Source of the DNA: Eledone cirrhosa
Taxonomy: Eukaryota
DNA length: 64,000 nucleotides
Direction of reading: 5' to 3'
Assembly (NCBI GenBank): GCA_964016885.1
Contig: OZ024756.1
Coordinates: 8,370,001 to 8,434,000 of the forward strand
Position numbers and translations under genes: made by a program. Below, piece by piece: positions 53,701 through 64,000 of the stretch. The notes beneath the pieces were generated by a model. That model saw nothing but the letters and a program-made list of their open reading frames with translations, ran no database searches and was not told where the DNA came from. The first letter of the stretch is position 1. Each line of letters opens with the position of its first letter.

Positions 53701-56700
53701 TCACCTGTCCTTAATGACGATGTCATAACACCACACCTGTCCTTACTGATGGCACCATAACACCTCACCTGTCCTTACTGATGGTACCTTAACACCTCAC
53801 CTGTCCTTACTGATGATGCCATAACACCACACCTGTCCTTAATGATGGTACCATAACACCTCACCTGTCCTTACTGATGGTGCCATAACACCTCACCTGT
53901 CCTTACTGATGGTGCCATAACACCTCACCTGTCCTTACTAATTATGCCATAACAGCTCACCTGTCCTTACTGATGGTACCATAACACCTCACCTGTCCTT
54001 ACTAATGGTGCCATAACACCTCACCTGTCCTTACTGATGGTACCATAACGCCTCACCTGTCCTTACTGATGATGCCATAACACCTCACCTGTCCTTACTG
54101 ATGGTGCCATAACACCTCACCTGTCCTTACTAATGATGCCATAACACCTCACCTGTCCTTACAATTGGGGCCATAACAACTCACCTGTCCTTACTGATGG
54201 TGCCATAACACTTCACCTGTCCTTACTGATGGTGCCATAACACCTCACGTCTCCTTACTAATGGTGCCATAATACCTCCCCTGTCCTTACTAATGGTGCC
54301 ATAACACTTCACCTGACCTTACTATTGGTGCCATAACACCTCACCTGTCCTTACTAATGGTGCATTAACAACTCACATGTCCTTACTATTGGTGCCATAA
54401 CACCTCACCTGTCCTTACTGATGGTAACATAACACGTGACCTGTCCTTACTATTGGTGCCATAACACCTCACCTGTCCTTACTATTGGTGCCATAACACC
54501 TCACCTGAACTTACTGATCGTGCCATAACACCTCACCTGTCCTATCTGATGGTACCATAACACCTCACCTGTCCTTACTGATGTGTGCCATAACACCTCA
54601 CCTGTCTTTACTGATGGTACCATAAAAGCTCACATGTCCTTACTAATGGTGCCATAACACTTCACCTGTCCTTACTGATGGTGCCATAAAACCTCCCCTG
54701 TCCTTAATAATGGTGCCGTAATACCTCACCTGTCCTTACTGATGGTTCCATAACAACTCACCTGTCCTTACTAATGGTGCCATAACACCTCACCTGTCCT
54801 TACTATTGATGCCATAACAACTCACCTGTCCTTACTGATGGTGCCATAACACCTCACCTGTCCTTACTGATGGTGCCATAACACCTCACCTGTCCTTACT
54901 GATGGTGCCATAACACCTCACCTGTCCTTACTAATGGTGCCATGATACCTTACCTGTCCTTACTGATGGTGCCATAACAACTCACCTGCCCTTACTAATG
55001 GTGCCTTAACACCTCAGCTGTCCTTACTAATGGTGCTATAACACCTCACCTGTCCTTACTAATGGTACCGTAACACCTCACCTGTCGTTACTAATGGTGC
55101 CATAACACCGCACCTGTCCTTACTAATGGTGCCATTACACCTCACCTGTCCTTACTGATGGTACCATACCACCTCACCTGTCCCTACTAATGGTGCATTA
55201 ACAACTCACCTGTCCTTACTGATGATGCAATAACACCTCACCTGTCCTTACTGATTACGCCATAACACCTCACCTGTCCTTACTGATGGTACCATAACAC
55301 CTCACCTGTCCTTACTATTGGTGCCATAACACCTCACCTGTCCTTACTATTGGTGCCATAATACTTCACCTGTCCTTAGTGATGGTGCCATAACAACTCA
55401 CCTGTCCTTACTAATGTTGCCATAACACCTCACCTGTCCTTACTATTGGTGCCATAACACCTCACCTGTCCTTACTGATGGTGCCATAACACCTCACCTG
55501 TCCTTACTAATGATGCCATAACACCTCACATGTTCTTACTATTGGTGCCATAACACCTCACCTGTCCTTACTGATGGTACCATAACACGTCACCTGTCCT
55601 TACTATTGGTGCCATAACACCTAACCTGTCCTTACTATTGGTGCGATAACACCTCACCTGTCCTTACTGATCGTGCCATAACACCTCACCTGTCCTTACT
55701 AATGGTGCCATAACACCTCACCTGTCCTTACTATTGGTGCAATAACAACTCACCTGTCCTTCCTGATGGTGCCATGACACCTCACCTGTTCTTACTGATG
55801 GTGCCATAACAACTCACCTGTCCTTACATATGGTGCCATAACAACTCACCTGTCGTTATTAATGGTGCCATAACACCTCACATGTCCTTACTATTGGTGC
55901 CATAACACCTCACCTGTCCTTACTGATGGTACCATAACACGTCACCTGTCCTTACTATTGGTACCATAACACCTCACCTGTCCTTACTATTGTTGCCATA
56001 ACACCTCACCTGTCCTTACTGATCGTGCCAGAACACACCTGTCCTTACTGATGGTGCCATAACACCTCACCTGTCCTTACTGATGTTGCCATAACACCTC
56101 ACCTGCCCTTACTGATGGTACCATAACACCTCACCTGTCCTTACTATTGGTGCCATAACACCTCACCTGTCCTTACTGATTGTACCATAACACCTCACCT
56201 GTCCTTACTGATGGTGCCATAACAACTCACCTGTCCTTACTAATGGTGCCATAACACCTCACCTGTCCTTACTAATGGTGCCATAACACCTCACCTGTCC
56301 TTAATAATGGTACCATAACACCTCACCTGTCCTTACTAATGGTGCCATAACACCTCACCTGTCCTTACTAATGGTGCCATAACACCTCACCTGTCCTTAC
56401 TGATGGTCCCATAACACTTCACCTGTCCTTGCTGATGGTGCCATGACAGCTCACCTGTCCTTACAGATGGTGCCATGACACCTCACCTGTCCTTACTGAT
56501 GGTGCCATAACACCTCACCTGTCCTAACTGATAGTGTCATAACACCACACCTGTCCTTACTGATGGTACCATAACACCTCACCTGTCCTTACTGATGGTA
56601 CCTTAACACCTCACATGTCCTTACTGATGATGCCATAACACCACACCTGTCCTTACTGATGGTACCATAACACCTCACCTGTCCTTACTGATGGTGTCAT

Positions 56701-59700
56701 AACACCTCACCTGTCCTTACTGATTGTGCCATAACACCTCACCTGTCCTTACTAATTATGCCATAACAGCTCACCTGTCCTTACTGATGGTACCATAACA
56801 CCTCACCTGTCCTTACTAATGGTGCCATAACACCTTACCTGTCCTTACTGATGGTACCATAAAACCTCACCTGTCCTTACTGATGGTGCCATAACACCTC
56901 ACCTGTCGTTACTGATGGTGCCATAACACCTCACCTGTCCTTACTGATGGTGCCATAACACCTCACCTGTCCTTACTAATTGTGCCATAATACCTCACCT
57001 GTCCTTACTGATGGTGCCATAACAACTCACCCGTTCTTACTAATGGTGCCATAACACCTCACCTGTCTTTACTCTTGGGGCCATAACAACTCATCTGTAC
57101 TTACTGATGGTGCCATAACACTTCACCTGTCCTTACTGATGGTGCCATAACACCCCACCTCTCCTTACTAATGGTGCCATAATACCTCACCTGTCCTTAC
57201 TGATGGTGCCCTAACAACTCACCTGTCCTTTCTAATGGTGCCATAACACTTCACCTGACCTTACTATTGGTGCCATAACACATCACCTGTCCTTACTGAT
57301 GGTACCATAACACCTCACCTGTCCTTACTATTGGTGCCATAACACCTCACCTGTCCTTACTAATGGTGCCTTAACACCTCAACTGTCCTTACCGATTGTG
57401 CCATAATACCTCACCTGTCCTTACTGATGGTACCATAACACCTCACCTATCCTTACTATTGGTACAATAACACCTCACCTGTCCTTACAGATGGTGCCAT
57501 AACACCTCACCTGTCCTTACTAATGGTACCATAAAAGCTCAGATGTCCTTACTGATCGTGCCATAACACCTCACCTGTCCTTACTGATGTTGCCATAACA
57601 CCTCACCTGTCCTTACTGATTGTGCCATAACACCTCACCTGTCCTTACTGATGGTACCATAACACCGCACCTGTCCTTACTAATGGTACCATAAAAGCTC
57701 ACATGTCCTTACTAATGGTGCCATAACACCTCACCTGTCCTTACACTTGGGGCCATAACAACTCACCTGTGCTTACTGATGGTGCCATAACACCTCACCT
57801 GTCCTTACTGATGGTGCCATAACACCTCACCTGTCCTTACTGATGTTGCCAAAACACCTCACCTGTCCTTACTGATGGTACCATAACACCTCACCTGTCC
57901 TTACTGATGGTGCCATAACACCTCACCTGTCCTTACTGATGGTCCAATAACACCTCACCTGTCCTTGCTGATCGTGCCATGACACCTCACCTGTCCTTAC
58001 TGATGGTGCCATGACACATCACCTGTCCTTACTAATGGTGCCATAACACCTCACCTGTCCATACTAATGGTGCATTAACAACTCACATGTCCTTACTATT
58101 GGTGCCATAACACCTCACCTGTCCTTAGTGATGGTACCATAACACGTCACCTGTCCTTACTATTGGTGCCATAACACCTCACCTGTCCTTACTATTGGTG
58201 CCATAACACCTCACCTGTCCTTACTGATCGTGCCATAACATCTCACCTGTCCTTACTGATGGTACCATAACACCTCACCTGTCCTTACTGATGATACCTT
58301 AACACCTCACCTGTCCTTACTGATGGTGCCATAACACCTCACCTGTCCTTACTAATGGTGCCATAACAACTCACCTGTCCTTACTGATGGTACCATAACA
58401 CCTCACCTGTCCTTACTGATGATACCTTAACACCTCACCTGTCCTTACTGATCGTGCCATAACACCTCACCTGTCCTTACTAATGGTGCCATAACACCTC
58501 ACCTGTCCTTACTGATGATACCTTAACACCTCACCTGTCCTTACTGATGGTGCCATAACACCTCATCTGTCCTTACTGATGGTGCCATAACAACTCACCT
58601 GTCCTTACTGATGGTGCCATAACACCTCACCTGTCCTTACTGATGGTGCCATAACACCTCACCTGTCCTTACTGATGGTGCCATAACACCTCACCTGTCC
58701 TTACTGATGGTGCCATAATATCTCACCTGTCCTTACTGATGGTACCATAACACCTCACCTATCCTTACTATTGGTACCATAACACCTCACCTGTCCTTAC
58801 TATTGGTGCCATAACACCTCACCTGTCCTTACTATTGGTGCCATAATACTTCACCTGTCCTTACTGATGGTGCCATAACAACTCACCTGTCCTTACTGAT
58901 GGTGCCATAACACCTCACCTGTCCTTACTGATGGTACCATAACACCTCACCTGTCCTTACTATTGGTGCCATAACACCTCACCTGTCCTTACTATTGGTG
59001 CCATAATACTTCACCTGTCCTTACTGATGGTGCCATAACAACTCACCTGTCCTTACTAATGGTGCCATAACACCTCACCTGTCCTTACTATTGGTGCCAT
59101 AACAACTCACCTGTCCTTACTGATGGTGCCATATCACCTCACCTGTCCTTACTGATGGTGCCGTAACACCTCACCTGTCCTTACTGATGGTGCCATAACA
59201 CCTCACCTGTCCTTACTAATGGTGCCATAACAACTCACCTGTCGTTATTAATGGTGTCATAACACCTCACATGTCCTTACTATTGGTGCCATAACACCTC
59301 ACCTGTCCTTACTATTGGTGCCATAACACCTCATCTGTCCTTACTGATGGTGCCATAACACATCACCTGTCCTTACTAATGGTGCCATAACACCTCACCT
59401 GTCCTGACTATTGGTGCCATAACACATCACCTGTCCTTACTAATGGTGCCATAACACCTCACCTGTCCTTACTGATGGTGCCATAACACCTCACCTGTCC
59501 TTACTGATGGTGCCATAACACCTCACCTGTCCTTACTGATGGTGCCATAACACCTCACCTGTCCTTACTGATGGTGCCATAACACATCACCTGTCCTTAC
59601 TGATGGTGCCATAACACATCACCTGTCCTTACTGATGGTGCCATAACACATCACCTGTCCTTACTGATGGTGCCATAACACATCACCTGTCCTTACTAAT

Positions 59701-62700
59701 GGTGCCATAACACATCACCTGTCCTTACTGATGGTGCCATAACACATCACCTGTCCTTACTGATGGTGCCATAACACATCACCTGTCCTTACTGATGGTG
59801 CCATAACACATCACCTGTCCTTACTAATGGTGCCATAACACATCACCTGTCCTTACTGATGGTGCCATAACACATCACCTGTCCTTACTAATGGTGCCAT
59901 AACACATCACCTGTCCTTACTGATGGTGCCATAACACATCACCTGTCCTTACTAATGGTGCCATAACACATCACCTGTCCTTACTAATGGTGCCATAACA
60001 CATCACCTGTCCTTACTGATGGTGCCATAACACATCACCTGTCCTTACTAATGGTGCCATAACACATCACCTGTCCTTACTGATGGTGCCATAACACATC
60101 ACCTGTCCTTACTGATGGTGCCATAACACCTCACCTGTCCTTACTGATGGTGCCAAAACAACTCACCTGTCCTTACTGATGGTGCCATAACACCTCACCT
60201 GTCTTTACTGATGGTGCCATAACACCTCACCTGTCCTTACTGATGGTGCCATAACACATCACCTGTCCTTACTGATGGTGCCATAACACATCACCTGTCC
60301 TTACTGATGGTGCCATGACACATCACCTGTCCTTACTGATCGTGCCATAACACCTCACCTGTCCTGACTATTGGTGCCATAACACCTCACCTGTCCTTAC
60401 TGATGGTGCCATGACACATCACCTGTCCTTACTGATCGTGCCATAACACATCACCTGTCCTTACTGATGGTGCCATGACACATCACCTGTCCTTACTGAT
60501 CGTGCCATAACACCTCACCTGTCCTGACTATTGGTGCCATAACACCTCACCTGTCCTTACTGATGGTGCCAAAACAACTCACCTGTCCTGACTATTGGTG
60601 CCATAACACCTCACCTGTCCTTACTATTGGTGCCATAACACCTCATCTGTCCTTACTGATGGTGCCAAAACAACTCACCTGTCCTTACTGATGGTGCCAT
60701 AACACATCACCTGTCCTTACTGATGGTGCCATGACACATCACCTGTCCTTACTGATCGTGCCATAACACCTCACCTGTCCTGACTATTGGTGCCATAACA
60801 CCTCACCTGTCCTTACTGATGGTGCCAAAACAACTCACCTGTCCTGACTATTGGTGCCATAACACCTCACCTGTCCTTACTATTGGTGCCATAACACCTC
60901 ATCTGTCCTTACTGATGGTGCCAAAACAACTCACCTGTCCTTACTGATGGTGCCATAACACATCACCTGTCCTTACTGATGGTGCCATGACACATCACCT
61001 GTCCTTACTGATCGTGCCATAACACCTCACCTGTCCTGACTATTGGTGCCATAACACCTCACCTGTCCTTACTGATGGTGCCAAAACAACTCACCTGTCC
61101 TGACTATTGGTGCCATAACACCTCACCTGTCCTTACTATTGGTGCCATAACACCTCATCTGTCCTTACTGATGGTGCCAAAACAACTCACCTGTCCTTAC
61201 TGATGGTGCCATAACACATCACCTGTCCTTACTGATGGTGCCATGACACATCACCTGTCCTTACTGATCGTGCCATAACACCTCACCTGTCCTTACTGAT
61301 CGTGCCATAACACCTCACCTGTCCTTACTGATGGTGCCATAACACATCACCTGTCCTTACTGATCGTGCCATAACACCTCACCTGTCCTTACTGATGGTG
61401 CCATAACAACTCACCTGTCCTTACTAATGGTGCCATAACACCTCACCTGTCCTTACTATTGGTGCCATAACACCTCACCTGTCCTTACTGATGGTGCCAT
61501 AACACCTCACCTGTCCTTACTGATGTTGCCATAACACCTCACCTGTCCTTACTGATGGTGCCATAACACCTCACCTGTCCTTACTGATGGTGCCATAACA
61601 ACTCACCTGTCCTTACTGATGTTGCCATAACACCTCACCTGTCCTTACTAATGGTGTCATAACAGATTACCTCTACTTACTGATGGTGCCATAACACCTC
61701 ACCTGTCCTTACTGATTGTACCATAACACCTCACCTGTCCTTACTGATGGTGCCATAACAACTCACCTGTCCTTACTAATGGTGCCATAACACCTCACCT
61801 GTCTTTACTAATGGTGCCATAACACCTCACCTGTCTTTACTGATGGTACCATAACACCTCACCTGTCTTACTAATGGTGCCATAACACCTCACCTGTCCT
61901 TACTAATGGTGCCATTACACCTCACCTGTCCTTACTGATGGTACCATACCACCTCACCTGTCCCTACTAATGGTGCATTAACAACTCACCTGTCCTTACT
62001 GATGATGCAATAACACCTCACCCGTCCTTACTGATGGTACCATAACACCTCACCTGTCCTTACTGATGGTACCATAACACCTCACCTGTCCTTACTAATG
62101 GTGCCATTACACCCCACCTGTCCTTACTGATGGTACCATAACACCTCACCTGTCTTACTAATGGTGCCATAACACCTCACCTGTCTTACTAATGGTGCCA
62201 TAACACCTCACCTGTCCTTACTAATGGTGCCATTACACCCCACCTGTCCTTACTGATGGTACCATAACACCTCACCTGTCTTACTAATGGTGCCATAACA
62301 CCTCACCTGTCTTACTAATGGTGCCATAACACCTCACCTGTCCTTACTAATGGTGCCATAACAACTCACCTGTCCTTACTAATGGTGCCATTACACCCCA
62401 CCTGTCCTTACTGATGGTACCATAACACCTCACCTGTCCTTACTAATGGTACCATAACACCTCACCTGTCTTACTAATGGTGCCATAACACCTCACCTGT
62501 CCTTACTAATGGTGCCATTACACCTCACCTGTCCTTACTGATGGTACCATACCACCTCACCTGTCCCTACTAATGGTGCATTATCAACTCACATGTCCTT
62601 CCTGATGATGCAATAACACCTCACCTGTCCTTACTGATGGTGCCATAACACCTCACCTGTCCTTACTGATGGTACCATAACACCTCACCTGTCCTTACTG

Positions 62701-64000
62701 ATGTTGCCATAACACCTCACCTGTCCTTACTGATGGTGCCATAACACCTCACCTGTCCTTACTAATGGTACCATAACACATCACCTGTCCTTACTAATGG
62801 TACCATAAAAGCTCAGATGTCCTTACTAATGATGACATAACACCTCACCTGTCCTTACTGATGGTGCCATAACACCTCACCTGTCCTTACTGATGGTGCC
62901 ATAACAACTCACCTGTCCTTACTGATGTTGCCATAACACCTCACCTGTCCTTACTGATGGTACCATAACACCTCACCTGTCCTTACTATTGGCGCCATAA
63001 CACCTCACCTGTGCATACTGATGGTGCCATAACACCTCACCTGTCCTTACTGATGGTGCCGTAACACCTCACCTATCCTTACTAATGGTGCCATAAAACC
63101 TCACCTGTCCTTACTAATGGTGCCATAACACTTCACCTGTCCTTACTGATGGTGCCATAACATCTCACCTGCTCTTAATAATGGTGCCATAATACTTCAC
63201 CTGTCCTTACTGATGGTGCCATAACACCTCACCTGACCTTACTATTGGTGCCATAATAACTCACCTGTCCTTACAGATGGTGCCATAACACCTCACCTGT
63301 CCTTACTAATGGTGCCATAATACCTCACCTGTCCTTACTGATGGTGCCATAACAACTCACCTGTCCTTACTAATGGTGCCATAACACCTCACCTGTCCTT
63401 ACTAATGGTGCCATAACACCTCACCTGTCATTACTAATGGTACCATAACCCCTCAACTGTCCTTACTAATGGTGCCATAACACCTCACCTGTCCTTACTA
63501 ATGGTGCCATACCACCTCACCTGTCCCTACTAATGGTGCATTAACAACTCACCTGTCCTTACTGATGATGCTATAACACCTCACCTGTCATTACTGATGG
63601 TACCATAACACCTCACCTGTCCTTACTAATGGTGCATTAACAACTCACCTGTCCTTACTGATTGCGCCATAACACCTCACCTGTCCTTACTGATGGTGCC
63701 ATAAAAACTCACCTGTCCTTACTAATGGTACCATAATACCTCACCTGTCCTTACCAATGGTGCCATAACACCTCACCTGTCCTTACTAATGGTGCATTAA
63801 CAACTCACCTGTCCTTACTGATTGCGCCATAACACCTCACCTGTCCTTACTGATGGTGCCATAAAAACTCACCTGTCCTTACTAATGGTACCATAATACC
63901 TCACCTGTCCTTACTATTGGTGCCATAACACCTCACCTGTCCTTACTAATGGTGCCATAATACCTCACCTGTCCTTACTGATGGTGCCATAACAACTCAC
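20729..64000. repeat. 32-bp satellite array, ~1,350 copies, running off the window
   Basis: Consensus ACACCTCACCTGTCCTTACTGATGGTGCCATA with a 32-bp period (e.g. 59461 vs 59493). TAA/TGA on both strands closes all frames, and rare variants recur in blocks. Confidence 0.98.

Noticed and set aside
1935-64000. CRISPR-like interpretation of the 32-48 bp repeats
   Set aside because: The units are head-to-tail with no unique spacers, there are no cas genes, and the context is eukaryotic.

Overview
This window is AT-rich eukaryotic (animal) genomic DNA. The repeat content resembles octopus/cephalopod DNA, which is an inference from recalled repeat families and not a database result. About 85% is tandem repeat: a 40-bp minisatellite (~1935-12298) and a 32-bp satellite (20729 to the window end, ~1,350 copies with nested higher-order duplications), plus smaller 48-bp and 47-bp arrays. 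The 12.3-20.7 kb interval is packed with tRNA-type SINE copies, mariner- and hAT-like MITEs, an RTE-LINE remnant and (TA)n/(CA)n microsatellites. One credible coding exon lies on the minus strand (1497-1658); the supplied ORFs are essentially repeat artefacts. The most interesting signal is five short fold-back elements of three sequence-distinct families within ~5.2 kb, each sitting in a dinucleotide microsatellite. Their inverted arms carry minimal type-I hammerhead ribozyme motifs (complete or partial) and share an ACTC...GAGT hairpin. This architecture matches non-autonomous Penelope-like retroelement pseudo-LTRs.
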